Positions 46,912 to 56,878 of a stretch of 64,000 nt of DNA are shown here, piece by piece. The DNA is from Bacteroidales bacterium (GTDB lineage: Bacteria; Bacteroidota; Bacteroidia; Bacteroidales; UBA3824), in contig JAEDDH010000010.1 in NCBI GenBank assembly GCA_016293845.1, positions 4,104-68,103 of the forward strand, written 5' to 3'. The notes beneath the pieces are model-generated. The model made no database searches, was not told where the DNA came from, and worked only from the letters and a program-made list of their open reading frames with translations. Each line of letters begins with the position of its first letter. Within the stretch, counting starts at the first letter, position 1. Position numbers and translations under genes: made by a program.

Positions 46912-48189
46912 ATGAACATATTGCTTATCGGCTCGGGCGGAAGGGAGAGCGCCCTCGCTTGGAAAATCGCTCAATCCTCTGCCAATCTTTTTGTAGCACC
47001 CGGCAACCCCGGCACTGCCAATATCGCTAAAAACGTTAATATAAAGGTGTCGGATTCTGACGCTATCGAAAAATTTGTGATCGGCAACAACATCAACCTT
47101 GTGGTGGTGGGTCCCGAAATTCCGCTTATCGATGGTCTTGCCGATCGTCTTCTTGCAATTCCCGGCGGCAAAGCGCCTTTGGTGGTAGGTCCCAAGAAAG
47201 ATGGAGCGCAACTCGAAGGCAGCAAGGATTTTGCTAAGCAGTTTATGATTCGACACAACATACCCACAGCCAAATACAAGACCTTCAACGGCGATACTTA
47301 CAACCAAGCCGTTGATTATCTTAAAACATTGCAGCCGCCTTACGTGCTCAAAGCCGACGGTCCTGCTGCTGGCAAGGGCGTTATTATAGAAGAAAATTTC
47401 GACATCGCCTGCAACGAACTCAAAGAGATGTTTTCTGGTAAGTTTGGCAAATCGTCTGCCGAGGTGGTTATAGAAGAATTCCTTTCGGGAATAGAACTTT
47501 CGGTATTTGTGCTGACAGACGGCAGCGGCGGATACACCATATTGCCCGAAGCCAAAGACTACAAGCGCATTGGCGAAGGCGACAAGGGGCTCAACACCGG
47601 CGGTATGGGCAGCATTTCGCCCGTTCCATTTGCCGACAAGGTGTTTATGGACAAGATAGAATCACGCATAATTAAGCCCACCATCGACGGCCTTATCAAA
47701 GACGGTATCGACTACCGTGGATTTATCTTCTTTGGACTTATCAATGTAAAAGGCGACCCCTACGTAATTGAGTACAACGTGCGAATGGGCGACCCCGAAA
47801 CCGAATCGGTAATGCTTCGCGTAAAAGGTGGTTTTGTAGACCTTCTTGTGGCTGCCGCCCAGGGCAATCTCAATGGCAAAAAGTGCGAAATCGACTCACA
47901 AACCGCCGCCACCGTGGTGCTTGCTTCGGGAGGATACCCCGAGGATTACAAAAAAGGTTTAGTTATCAATGGCTTAGACACAGTAAAAGATTCTATCGTA
48001 TTTCACGCCGGCACCAAAGAAAAAGACGGCGCGATAGTTACCGAAGGCGGACGTGTGCTCACTGTTTCGTCGCTTGGCGACGACATTCCCTCAGCCCTTC
48101 AAAAATCATTAGACGGCATTGCCAAAATATCTTTTGAAGGCGCATACCATAGAAGAGACATCGGCAAGGATCTTTTGAAATATGTGTAA
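46912..48189 (+). CDS. purD: Phosphoribosylamine--glycine ligase
   Basis: I prefer the start at MNILLIGSGGRESALAWKI. The ATP-grasp core is present (VLKADGPAAGKGV, EYNVRMGDPE). Confidence 0.95.
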   Translation: MNILLIGSGGRESALAWKIAQSSANLFVAPGNPGTANIAKNVNIKVSDSDAIEKFVIGNNINLVVVGPEIPLIDGLADRLLAIPGGKAPLVVGPKKDGAQLEGSKDFAKQFMIRHNIPTAKYKTFNGDTYNQAVDYLKTLQPPYVLKADGPAAGKGVIIEENFDIACNELKEMFSGKFGKSSAEVVIEEFLSGIELSVFVLTDGSGGYTILPEAKDYKRIGEGDKGLNTGGMGSISPVPFADKVFMDKIESRIIKPTIDGLIKDGIDYRGFIFFGLINVKGDPYVIEYNVRMGDPETESVMLRVKGGFVDLLVAAAQGNLNGKKCEIDSQTAATVVLASGGYPEDYKKGLVINGLDTVKDSIVFHAGTKEKDGAIVTEGGRVLTVSSLGDDIPSALQKSLDGIAKISFEGAYHRRDIGKDLLKYV

Positions 48190-48264
48190 GCAAAAAAATT
48201 GCATATTACCGCGCCTTTAAGTATATTTGCAAAAGATACTAAACAAATCAAAATAGATCTGGTT

Positions 48265-48668
48265 ATGGCTGTCACAATCGACCTATCGCGCAGATTACCT
48301 ATCGGTTTTCAAAGTTTTGCCGGCCTGCGGCAAAGAGGCTATCTTTATGCGGATAAAACCGACTATGTATATTTGCTTACACATTCAAGCAAGTCTTATT
48401 TTCTTGCGCGTCCCCGTCGGTTTGGTAAAAGTCTTTTTGCTAATACTTTAAAGGCGTATTTTGAGGGCAGGAAAGAACTGTTGAGGGTTTGAAAATCACT
48501 GATTACGAAAAAGAGCGGCTACATTATCCCATAGCGTATTTTGATATCAAAATAGACAGCCACATATTAGACAACTTGCAATACGACGACGACGAGAACC
48601 CTGAGGCTCGGCGGCTTGCGATACTAAATAATTTATTTTTTGGTGATGCAAAGCTGTCTGCTGCTTAG
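48265..48668 (+). pseudogene. Remnant of an AAA-ATPase_like (PF09820-type) / PDDEXK_9 family gene: N-terminal ~130 codons only, frameshifted
   Basis: LPIGFQSFAGLRQRGYLYADKTDYVYLLTHSSKSYFLARPRRFGKSLFANTLKAYFEGRKEL is the family's characteristic N-terminus. The reading continues in another frame (GLKITDYEKERLHYPIAYFDIK...) and then stops at 48666-48668. Full-length members are about 500 aa. Confidence 0.6.
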
Positions 48669-49237
48669 TAACTTTGTGCTAAACAGTAGTTTGCGTTAAA
48701 AATTTGTTTTTACAATGTTTCTTGCTTAAATTTTGTGGCAACAACTGCTGATAAACATCTTCCTTGGCTATAATTTTTATTTTTTATGGCTTAGGATAAT
48801 GTTTATTGATAGTTTTTGTTATAATTATATGCAAATAATATAATTACTAACCACTTGAAAATTATTTTTATATCTTTATACATATATCCCTATACATTAA
48901 AATTTATAAAAACTATTAATATTATTGTTAATCAGCATTAGAATATATTTTCTCTGACTGTTTAATTTTATTATTTTATATGGAATATAAAGAAATATAA
49001 TAATAACAACGATAAAATATAAATAAATCTAATAATTTTTGCAAATAACAAAGATAAAAATGTAATTATCTAACAATCTGCTGATGAAAACAAATATGGG
49101 AGGCGGAAAAAAATAAAAAAATTTTACAAAATAATTGAAAAAATGTCTTAAAATGTTTTGGAGTTTACATAATAAATACTTTACTTTGTATTTGTAAAAT
49201 TAAAATTATACTTTATATTATAAAACTAAACTCACTT
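48669..49237. other. About 570-bp extremely AT-rich non-coding tract
   Basis: There is no ORF of 60 codons or more in any frame. The composition is visibly more than 80 percent A+T, far richer than the flanking DNA. Confidence 0.8.
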
Positions 49238-49948
49238 ATGGCAAGAACTTCAATTATCGCCTACAACCTGCGTACGCTGAGCCGTACCAATCTATTAGGT
49301 TTTTTTAAAGAGTTTGTAAAACTCGAATCGTTTATCAATGCCGACTGCACCGAAATCAAAGAGTGGTTTGAGGATATTCCCTCGCACTTAGAGGATTATT
49401 CAAAGGCTATGGCTGTATGCGTAGAAAAACAAGAAAAGGCTATCCTTATCAACCTCAACGAGATAGTGGCAATATACCGCAGTCTTAATTTTACACTCAA
49501 AGGCGCGGTTGGCTCTACCGACGCCACAGTGTCGAAGGCGGCTAACACTATTCTCAATCTTTTAGACAAATACGGTACGCTGGCATCGCAGACTTCGCAG
49601 CAGAAAAAAATCGGTTTTTTTGAGTATTTCAAAACTGCGGTAGACAAGCAGTCGAAGGCTGTGCAGAAGGCCATCTTCGGCGACGACCGCTATGCTAAGT
49701 TTTGCCAAAACCTCGCCGACATCACCGAACAGCGTAAGGCCAACAACGAAAACATTGCTAAAATTGAGCGCGGCACAGTGGAGCGCATTTCCGAAAAACT
49801 CATCACCGCGTATGTAGACCTCAAGACTATCACCGACAAGATTATCCTCAAAAAAGGAGAAGCCTACGTGGGTGTCGATTTTGTTAAAAACTGGAACCAA
49901 GTGATAGCCAAGAGCAAGGTCAAAACCGCCAAAAAGACGGATATTTAA
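49238..49948 (+). CDS. Hypothetical helical protein (Bacteroidetes-restricted DUF-like)
   Basis: 236 aa, all-alpha composition, with a clean terminator downstream. I cannot name the family with confidence. Confidence 0.55.
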   Translation: MARTSIIAYNLRTLSRTNLLGFFKEFVKLESFINADCTEIKEWFEDIPSHLEDYSKAMAVCVEKQEKAILINLNEIVAIYRSLNFTLKGAVGSTDATVSKAANTILNLLDKYGTLASQTSQQKKIGFFEYFKTAVDKQSKAVQKAIFGDDRYAKFCQNLADITEQRKANNENIAKIERGTVERISEKLITAYVDLKTITDKIILKKGEAYVGVDFVKNWNQVIAKSKVKTAKKTDI

Positions 49949-49988
49949 TTTTTTTATACATTCAGAGTTAATTATAACTATGTTTATT

Positions 49989-50024
49989 GATGCCGACGCC
50001 GTGATGGCTGTCGGCATTTTTTTT
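49989..50024 (+). terminator. Intrinsic terminator
   Basis: GATGCCGAC-GCCGTGATGGCT-GTCGGCAT is followed by TTTTTTT. Confidence 0.7.
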
Positions 50025-50089
50025 GAAGTAATTCCGTGTTCCTCTGCGCCCCTCCGCGCCCTCTGTGCCCTCCGTGGTTAAAAAAAAAA

Positions 50090-50121
50090 TTTGCAAGTTT
50101 CCACGCCAATATTTACCTTTG
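50090..50121 (+). promoter_or_regulatory. Bacteroides-type promoter (-33 TTTG / -7 TACCTTTG) for valS
   Basis: TTTG at 50090-50093 and TACCTTTG at 50114-50121 are 20 nt apart. The valS ATG lies 24 nt downstream. Confidence 0.55.
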
Positions 50122-50144
50122 CGCAGTTTTTAAATAGTGAAACA

Positions 50145-52844
50145 ATGGATATTCCTGCTAAATACGACGCTTCGGCGTCAGAATCTAAATGGTACAAGTA
50201 CTGGACCGACAATAATTTTTTCGGCTCTAAGCCCGACGGCCGCAAGCCTTACACAATAGTTATCCCCCCGCCAAACGTTACCGGCGTGCTGCACATGGGG
50301 CACATGCTCAACAATACTATTCAAGATATCCTCACCCGTCGCGCAAGGATGAAGGGTTTCAATGCTCTTTGGGTGCCCGGTACCGACCACGCTTCTATTG
50401 CAACAGAGGCCAAGGTGGTGCAGAAACTTGCCAAACAAGGCATCAAAAAACGCGACCTTACCCGCGAACAGTTTCTCAAATACGCTTGGGAGTGGAAAGA
50501 GGAGCACGGCGGCGTAATTCTCGAACAGTTGAAAAAACTCGGCGCATCGTGCGATTGGAGCCGTACCGCTTTCACTATGGACGAACTCCGCAGCGAATCG
50601 GTTATGAAAGTGTTTGTAGACCTTTATAATAAGGGACTTATCTACCGCGGTCTCCGTATGGTAAACTGGGATCCCAAGGCGCAGACAGTGCTCAGCACCG
50701 AGGAGGTTATCTACCGCGAAGAAAAAAGCCATCTCTATCACCTTAAATATTATATTGCTGAGGGCGAAACCGTTAACCCCACAGGCACAGAGGGCGAGGT
50801 AATTCACAAAGACGGCAAAGGGTATTACGCCGTAGTGGCTACCACACGTCCCGAAACCATTATGGGCGATACCGCAATGTGTATCAACCCCAAAGACCCC
50901 AAAAACCAATGGCTCAGAGGCCGCAAGGTGGTAGTGCCTTTGGTAAACCGCGTAATTCCAGTAATTGAAGACCGTTACGTAGATATTGAGTTTGGTACAG
51001 GCTGTTTGAAAGTTACCCCTGCTCACGATGCCAACGACTATGCTCTTGGACAAACTCACAACCTCGAAGTTATCGACATTTTTAATCCCGACGGCACAAT
51101 TGCTCCCGCAGGTAAACTCTATGTGGGAATAGACCGTATGGAGGTGCGCAGACAGATTGCCATCGACCTCAAAAACGCCGGTCTGCTTGAAAAAATCGAA
51201 GATTACGACAACAAGGTAGGATATTCGGAGCGCAACGCCGACACAGCCGTTGAGCCGCGTCTTTGCAAACAGTGGTTCTTGAATATGAAGCACTTCGCCG
51301 ACATTGCCCTGCCGCCCGTACTCGAAGGTAAGATTAAATTCTATCCTAATAAATACGTTAACACATACCGCAACTGGCTCGAAAACATTCAAGATTGGTG
51401 TATCAGCCGTCAGTTGTGGTGGGGACACCGTATTCCTGCATATTTCTTGCCCACAGCCGAGGGCGAGGACGAAAAATATGTGGTTGCCCTCACTCCCGAA
51501 GAGGCTCTCAATCTTGCCCGCAAGCTAAAAGGATATGAAAATATCACTATCGACCAACTTCAACGCGATGAGGATGCACTTGATACATGGTTCTCGTCGT
51601 GGCTGTGGCCTGTTTCGCTGTTCGACGGTATTAATCAACCCGGCAACGAAGAGATAAAATATTATTATCCCACCACCGACCTTGTAACGGGTCCCGATAT
51701 TATATTCTTCTGGGTTGCCCGAATGATTATGGCAGGCGAGGAGTATATGAAAGACGTTCCATTCCGCAATGTATACTTTACAGGTATTGTTCGCGACAAA
51801 CTCGGCCGCAAGATGTCCAAGAGTTTGGGCAACAGTCCCGACCCGATAGAACTTATGGAAAAATACTCTACCGACGGCGTTCGTATGGGTATGCTCTTGT
51901 GTTCTCCCGCTGGTGGCGACTTATTGTACGACGATGAACTCTGCTTGCAAGGTCGCAACTTTACCAACAAGATTTGGAACGCATTCCGCCTTGTAAAAGG
52001 TTGGAGCGTAGACGATAACATTCCTCAGCCCGAGGCATCCAAAAAGGCAGTCGAATGGTTTGACAACAAATTAAACAAAACCTTGGCAGAATTAGACAAG
52101 ATGTTTGTTGATTTCCGCCTTTCGGAATCGTTGATGTCGGTTTACAAACTTTTCTGGGATGAGTTCTCGTCGTGGTATTTAGAGAGCGTTAAACCCGCAT
52201 ATCAACAGCCCATCGACGGCGCAACATACAAAGCCACAATAGCCTTCTTCGACAAATTGCTCAAAGTGCTTCACCCTTACATACCTTTTATCACAGAGGA
52301 AGTATGGCAGTTGCTCGAAACCCGCAAACAGGGCGAAAGCATCATGGTGGCTCAGATGCCCGAAGCCGGTGCTTGCAACGAAAAACTTCTCGAACGCTTT
52401 GAAACCGTCAAAGATGTTATCGCTAAAATCCGTCAAATACGTCAAGACAACGGCATTGCCCAGAAAGAGCCTCGCGAGGCCTTTGTCAAACTTGTTGACG
52501 GTGAGTATGATGACTATTTCAATAGCGTAATCATAAAGCATAGCAATCTTTCTAAATTACAACTCACAAAAGAGGCCGTCGACGGTGCAAAAACTTTTGT
52601 TGCAAAAAATGTAGAATATTATATACCTTTGGGCGACAAAATCGACAAGGAAGAGGAGTTGAAAAAACTCAACGCCGAACTCGACTACACCCGCGGTTTC
52701 CTTGCCTCGGTAGAAAAGAAACTATCTAACGAACGTTTTGTTTCGGGCGCACCTGCCGCAGTGGTAGACCGTGAAAAACAGAAACTCGCCGATGCCAAGA
52801 TGAAAATCGAGGCTTTGGAAAAACAGATAGCCGGGTTGAAATAA
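50145..52844 (+). CDS. valS: Valine--tRNA ligase
   Basis: I prefer the start at [20 protein letters not shown]. The class I motifs [13 protein letters not shown] (HIGH) and KMSKSLGN (KMSKS) and a C-terminal coiled coil are present. Confidence 0.97.
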   Translation: MDIPAKYDASASESKWYKYWTDNNFFGSKPDGRKPYTIVIPPPNVTGVLHMGHMLNNTIQDILTRRARMKGFNALWVPGTDHASIATEAKVVQKLAKQGIKKRDLTREQFLKYAWEWKEEHGGVILEQLKKLGASCDWSRTAFTMDELRSESVMKVFVDLYNKGLIYRGLRMVNWDPKAQTVLSTEEVIYREEKSHLYHLKYYIAEGETVNPTGTEGEVIHKDGKGYYAVVATTRPETIMGDTAMCINPKDPKNQWLRGRKVVVPLVNRVIPVIEDRYVDIEFGTGCLKVTPAHDANDYALGQTHNLEVIDIFNPDGTIAPAGKLYVGIDRMEVRRQIAIDLKNAGLLEKIEDYDNKVGYSERNADTAVEPRLCKQWFLNMKHFADIALPPVLEGKIKFYPNKYVNTYRNWLENIQDWCISRQLWWGHRIPAYFLPTAEGEDEKYVVALTPEEALNLARKLKGYENITIDQLQRDEDALDTWFSSWLWPVSLFDGINQPGNEEIKYYYPTTDLVTGPDIIFFWVARMIMAGEEYMKDVPFRNVYFTGIVRDKLGRKMSKSLGNSPDPIELMEKYSTDGVRMGMLLCSPAGGDLLYDDELCLQGRNFTNKIWNAFRLVKGWSVDDNIPQPEASKKAVEWFDNKLNKTLAELDKMFVDFRLSESLMSVYKLFWDEFSSWYLESVKPAYQQPIDGATYKATIAFFDKLLKVLHPYIPFITEEVWQLLETRKQGESIMVAQMPEAGACNEKLLERFETVKDVIAKIRQIRQDNGIAQKEPREAFVKLVDGEYDDYFNSVIIKHSNLSKLQLTKEAVDGAKTFVAKNVEYYIPLGDKIDKEEELKKLNAELDYTRGFLASVEKKLSNERFVSGAPAAVVDREKQKLADAKMKIEALEKQIAGLK

Positions 52845-52882
52845 CGAAACACACTAAACTCACTTTTATATCATTTGTCCTT

Positions 52883-52914
52883 AATAGCCGGCGTAACTCA
52901 CCGGCTATTTTTTA
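52883..52914 (+). terminator. Intrinsic terminator of valS
   Basis: AATAGCCGG-CGTAACTCA-CCGGCTATT is followed by TTTTT. Confidence 0.7.
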
Positions 52915-52915
52915 T

Positions 52916-52923
52916 TATTTTTG
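52916..52923 (+). promoter_or_regulatory. Bacteroides-type -7 promoter box
   Basis: TATTTTTG lies 18 nt upstream of the ATG at 52941. Confidence 0.4.
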
Positions 52924-52940
52924 TAACCAAAAGAAATAAA

Positions 52941-53945
52941 ATGAAAAAGAATATTTTGATAATGCTCTCCGCCATAACACTTGCCTCGTGCGGAGGAAAC
53001 AGTTTTGATGTAGACGTTTCGGGCATTGATGCCGCAATAGACATTGAGCGTTTCGACCTTGATTTCGACACCATTGCGCCTCAAAACATTCAATATTCGC
53101 TCAATGCCCTTACTGAAAAATATGGCGACTTTGCCGAGTTTTACACCGACGGCATAATCGGCATTGGCACGGTAGAAACTCCCACGCTTGCAAATGCTTA
53201 CAGCGATTTTTCTAACTATTGCAAGAGCAACGGCATTTTCGACGACGTGCAAAAGCAGTTTCCCGACCTCAATAGTCTCAAATCTATTATGGCTCAGGGC
53301 GCAAAGCACTTTAAATATTATTTCCCCAACGATACCTTGCCCAAACTCTACACTGTGGTTTCAGGGTTTCAAGAATCGATGTTTCCCACCGAGGGCATTA
53401 TAGCGGTAAGTCTCGACAAATATCTCGGCAACACATACCCGCACTACCAAAGTCTCGGCATTGAGGTGTACAAACGCCGCAGAATGATACCAGAGATGAT
53501 TCCCGCCGACTATTTCCGCTGCATTGCAATGCTCAATTATCCCAAAGACGAAAACGCCGCCTTCAACATTCTCAACGAAATGATTTACGAAGGCCGTATA
53601 CAATACTTCCTCAACTGTATGCTTCCCGAAACGCCCGATTCCACCCGCTGGGGCTACACCGATTTTCAGTACCGCTGGGCAGAGTATTACGAAGAGGAAA
53701 TCTGGGACTATCTTGTAGACAAGAAAATGCTTTTCGACACCAATCCCATAGCGGTGCGCAACTTCACCGGCGAGGGTCCGTTTACCAACGCCTTTGGCAA
53801 CAACTCCGCCCCCGGCTGTGCCTCGTATTGCGGCTACCGAATAGTCTGCTCCTATATGCGCAACAATCCCGACGTTACGCTCAAAGACCTTATGGAGATA
53901 AAGGATATGAATCAGATATACAACAAGGCACGGTATAATCCGTAG
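52941..53945 (+). CDS. Lipoprotein, GldB-like / DUF2268-type putative Zn-dependent protease fold
   Basis: I prefer the start at MKKNILIMLSAITLASCGG (lipobox). Size and overall pattern resemble GldB-family lipoproteins. This is a recollection, not a verified match. Confidence 0.5.
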   Translation: MKKNILIMLSAITLASCGGNSFDVDVSGIDAAIDIERFDLDFDTIAPQNIQYSLNALTEKYGDFAEFYTDGIIGIGTVETPTLANAYSDFSNYCKSNGIFDDVQKQFPDLNSLKSIMAQGAKHFKYYFPNDTLPKLYTVVSGFQESMFPTEGIIAVSLDKYLGNTYPHYQSLGIEVYKRRRMIPEMIPADYFRCIAMLNYPKDENAAFNILNEMIYEGRIQYFLNCMLPETPDSTRWGYTDFQYRWAEYYEEEIWDYLVDKKMLFDTNPIAVRNFTGEGPFTNAFGNNSAPGCASYCGYRIVCSYMRNNPDVTLKDLMEIKDMNQIYNKARYNP

Positions 53946-54015
53946 TTATTGTTAGGAGAAATGAAAGAATAATGTATATTTGCAGTTGGATATTTCACCT
54001 TAATTATTAAAAGCT

Positions 54016-54249
54016 ATGAGTATAAAGGATTTTGTACCGGAATTTACCGACGATGAACTGAAAGCCACTGAAGAGACAGACGATTTGATATTCTTCTCAT
54101 ACATAAACGAATGGGACAAAGTGCCTCCGATAGTTAAAAAGCGCATTTGGACAAGACGGATGCTTGCTTGTAAAGAATCGCAAGGCACAATGACACTCGC
54201 TCCTGGATTCTCGTTTGATTCTGATTCTAAGATAAAGCTTTACAATTAG
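54016..54249 (+). CDS. Small acidic protein, putative antitoxin partner of the PIN protein
   Basis: 77 aa. It ends 3 nt before the PIN gene start. I see no recognisable antitoxin fold, so the assignment rests on position only. Confidence 0.35.
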   Translation: MSIKDFVPEFTDDELKATEETDDLIFFSYINEWDKVPPIVKKRIWTRRMLACKESQGTMTLAPGFSFDSDSKIKLYN

Positions 54250-54252
54250 TCT

Positions 54253-54675
54253 ATGGCGCGATATATGATTGACACCAACATCCTCTGTTTTATGATAGAG
54301 GAGGATGATAGGCTTTCAAAAGATGTTAAAGCCATAGTAACCGATTGTGAAAACACACTATTTGTTAGTGCCGAATCAGTTAAAGAACTTGTTGTTGCCC
54401 ATCGTAACAAAAATTTGTTAGCCAACCGATGGAAAACAGCCGATGAACTTGTGAACGCTATCAAGAAACAATATCGTTTTGTAATTCTTCCTGTTGATAT
54501 CAATACTATTCATAGTATGGCAAAACTCGAAATCAATGAGGCTGCCGACCATAAAGACCCGTCAGACCATCTTATTATTGCCCACGCTATAACTATGGGT
54601 ATGCCGTTGATTTCAAACGACAGAAAATTTCCTTTTTACAAAAGTCAGGGATTAGAACTTGTTACGAATTTTTAA
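54253..54675 (+). CDS. PIN-domain (VapC-like) toxin
   Basis: 140 aa. MIDTNIL (first acidic Asp), SAESVKEL (Glu), DPSDHLIIAHA (DP.DR.I.A) and ISNDRKF (last Asp). Confidence 0.8.
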   Translation: MARYMIDTNILCFMIEEDDRLSKDVKAIVTDCENTLFVSAESVKELVVAHRNKNLLANRWKTADELVNAIKKQYRFVILPVDINTIHSMAKLEINEAADHKDPSDHLIIAHAITMGMPLISNDRKFPFYKSQGLELVTNF

Positions 54676-54694
54676 AATAAACACCCCAATATTT

Positions 54695-56230
54695 ATGAAA
54701 CGCACTGTATTACTTACAGCGGCATTGGCTACCGCATTATGTGCCAACGCTCAAAAAACCGAAATCACCACCGAAGGAAAGTCGGCTCACGTGATTCCCG
54801 CCGAAATCTACGGTCAGTTTGCCGAACACCTCGGACGTTGTATCTACGACGGTATCTGGGTGGGCAAAAACAGCACCATTGCTAACCAAGACGGCTACCG
54901 CACCGACGTGTTCAACGCTCTTAAAGATTTGAAAATCCCTGTATTGCGCTGGCCGGGAGGATGTTTTGCCGAAACTTACCATTGGCGCGACGGCGTTGGT
55001 CCTCAAAAAGACCGTCCCACCCTCAAAAACGTCTTCTGGGGCAACACAATGGAAGACAACACGTTTGGCACTCACGAGTTTTTCACACTTTGCGAACGTC
55101 TTGGATGCAAATCGTATCTGTCGATCAACTTGGGAACCGGCTCTACACGTGATATGGCAGAGTGGCTCGACTATATCACCGGCACCGACGACACTCCCGA
55201 GGTAACGCTCCGCAAAAAGAACGGTCGCGAAAAACCTTTTAAACTCGACTATATAGGCATCGGCAACGAATCGTGGGGCTGCGGCGGCAATATGCGTGCC
55301 GAATACTATGCCGACGTGTTCCGTCAGTATTCTACCTACTCACATCTTTACTGCAACAATACCAAACCCGTGCGTGTGGCTTCGGGCTCAAACGATTTTG
55401 ACTATCATTGGACCGAGGTGCTGCTCAAAAACGCCGGAGAGCACATGGACCATATTTCGCTTCACTACTACGTGCTGCCTATCCGCGACTGGAACGGCTC
55501 TAAGGGTCCCGACCGTGGATTTGCCGAAGAACAGTATTTCACCGTTATCCGCGACGGCTACAAAATGGGCGAGATGGTTCCCAAGCACATCGAAATTATT
55601 CAAAAGTATCAGAAACACGTTAAACTCGACGTTGACGAATGGGGAATCTGGACAGATCCCGAGCCCGGCACAAATTCTGGACACCTCTATCAGCAGAACA
55701 CCCTCCGCGACGCTCTACTCGCAAGCACCACTCTCGATATTTTCCACAAATACGCTTACGGTATAGGAATGTGCAATATTGCGCAGATGATCAACGTGTT
55801 GCAGGCTATGATACTCACCAAGGGCGACAAGATGATTCTTACTCCCACTTACCACGTTTTCAAGATGTACAATGTGCATCAAAACGCCGAGTATATTCCG
55901 CTCAACTTCAAATCGCCCAAATACACATTCAACGGCGAGAGCATCGACGCCCTCAGCGCCACACTATCTAAAAAAGACGGAGTTTACCACTTGACAATCA
56001 CCAATGTAGACCCCAAAAACAAACAGACCATCTCGCTCAACGCCGCCAACATTGTGGCAAAAGGCATCACCAAAGCCGAGATTATCACCTCAGCCAAGTT
56101 CAACGATTTCAACACATTTGAAAAACCCGACTTGATCAAACCCGCAGCCTTCACCGGCGCATCAATGAAAAAAGGCGTTATAGAGGCAGTTTTGCCACCT
56201 ATGAGTATTGTTACAATTGAATTGAAATAA
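54695..56230 (+). CDS. abfA: Alpha-L-arabinofuranosidase, GH51
   Basis: I prefer the start at MKRTVLLTAALATALCANAQ (signal). LRWPGGCF, the IGIGNESWGCGG acid/base Glu region and DEWGIW nucleophile Glu region are present. Confidence 0.9.
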   Translation: MKRTVLLTAALATALCANAQKTEITTEGKSAHVIPAEIYGQFAEHLGRCIYDGIWVGKNSTIANQDGYRTDVFNALKDLKIPVLRWPGGCFAETYHWRDGVGPQKDRPTLKNVFWGNTMEDNTFGTHEFFTLCERLGCKSYLSINLGTGSTRDMAEWLDYITGTDDTPEVTLRKKNGREKPFKLDYIGIGNESWGCGGNMRAEYYADVFRQYSTYSHLYCNNTKPVRVASGSNDFDYHWTEVLLKNAGEHMDHISLHYYVLPIRDWNGSKGPDRGFAEEQYFTVIRDGYKMGEMVPKHIEIIQKYQKHVKLDVDEWGIWTDPEPGTNSGHLYQQNTLRDALLASTTLDIFHKYAYGIGMCNIAQMINVLQAMILTKGDKMILTPTYHVFKMYNVHQNAEYIPLNFKSPKYTFNGESIDALSATLSKKDGVYHLTITNVDPKNKQTISLNAANIVAKGITKAEIITSAKFNDFNTFEKPDLIKPAAFTGASMKKGVIEAVLPPMSIVTIELK

Positions 56231-56238
56231 ATATAAAA

Positions 56239-56541
56239 ATGGTAAAGCACATTATTCTCTGGCAGTTGAAAGACGAACTCACTGCCGAACAGAAAGCCGA
56301 AGCCAAGGCCGCTATCAAAAACGGTTTGGAAGGCTTGAAGGGCAAAGTTCCCGGATTAAAGGAAATCAAGGTAAACATCAATCCCTTAGCATCATCTAAT
56401 GCCGACGTTATGTTGGATTCGTTGATGGAAAGCGAGGAGGCATTGAAAGGTTACGCCGTTCACCCCGACCACGTGGCTGTGGCTACCGGCATTGTCCGTC
56501 CCAATGTAAAACTCCGCGTTTGTATGGATTACGAGGTGTAA
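56239..56541 (+). CDS. Dabb (stress-responsive alpha/beta barrel) family protein
   Basis: 100 aa. MVKHIILWQLKD...HPDHVAV is typical of Dabb domains. Confidence 0.8.
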   Translation: MVKHIILWQLKDELTAEQKAEAKAAIKNGLEGLKGKVPGLKEIKVNINPLASSNADVMLDSLMESEEALKGYAVHPDHVAVATGIVRPNVKLRVCMDYEV

Positions 56542-56550
56542 TTTTTTATG

Positions 56551-56587
56551 GGATATGGCAAAAAATGTATGCCATATCCTTTTTTTC
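56551..56587 (+). terminator. Intrinsic terminator
   Basis: GGATATGGCA-AAAAATGTA-TGCCATATCC is followed by TTTTTTTC. Confidence 0.7.
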
Positions 56588-56589
56588 TT

Positions 56590-56597
56590 TACTTTTG
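56590..56597 (+). promoter_or_regulatory. Bacteroides-type -7 box upstream of RNA element A
   Basis: TACTTTTG lies about 65 nt upstream of the first helix of element A. Confidence 0.4.
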
Positions 56598-56662
56598 CAA
56601 AAACATCAACGTATAATTTATGGCATAACAAAAAACATTAACATACGGCATTAACTATTATT

Positions 56663-56878
56663 CGCGTTCAAAACAAAAGCGTAGGAAACTGTTGATTTTG
56701 AAAATCGGATAACAGCGTTTGCGGAGTGTCATTGATACTCTTTCCACTAATCATTTGTTAATGCTCGCAACCATAACGGTGCGGGCTTACAAATTATCTA
56801 TGATTAGTGGACGGAGTTCATCCTACGCTCTCCGTGAACGCGAGTAGATGAAATAAGGCCTGCGCCTTTTTCTTTTTT
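56663..56878 (+). ncRNA. Structured RNA candidate A (unassigned family): nested helices + conserved apical hairpin + terminator
   Basis: P1 CGCGTTCA (56663-70) pairs with TGAACGCG (56835-42). P2 GCGTAGGA (56679-86) pairs with TCCTACGC (56821-28). P3 CCACTAATCAT (56744-54) pairs with ATGATTAGTGG (56800-10). The apical hairpin is GCTCGCA (56763-69) with TGCGGGC (56780-86). The terminator is AAGGC-CTGC-GCCTT plus a T-rich run (56855-56878). There is no ORF. Confidence 0.45.

Noticed and set aside
48669-49237. The AT-rich tract as a replication origin.
   Set aside because: I saw no cluster of DnaA boxes (TTATCCACA/TGTGGATAA) and there is no dnaA or dnaN nearby.
50178-51428. 416-aa ORF antisense to valS. 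Similar long antisense ORFs occur at 23645..24364 (opposite fumB), 42612..43457 (opposite the OM receptor), 38774..39334 and 38264..38725 (opposite glyQS), and 2060..2695 / 1827..2282 (within the TonB receptor).
   Set aside because: Each lies entirely inside a confidently identified gene on the other strand and has low-complexity, Val/Phe/Cys-rich composition with no recognisable motifs. These are typical shadow ORFs.
56663-56842. The inverted repeats of element A as the boundaries of an invertible promoter (inverton).
   Set aside because: There are three nested, imperfectly spaced repeat pairs plus an apical hairpin rather than one terminal IR pair. There is no invertase or recombinase gene nearby. 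The paralog B keeps the complementarity but not the sequence, which argues for RNA structure.
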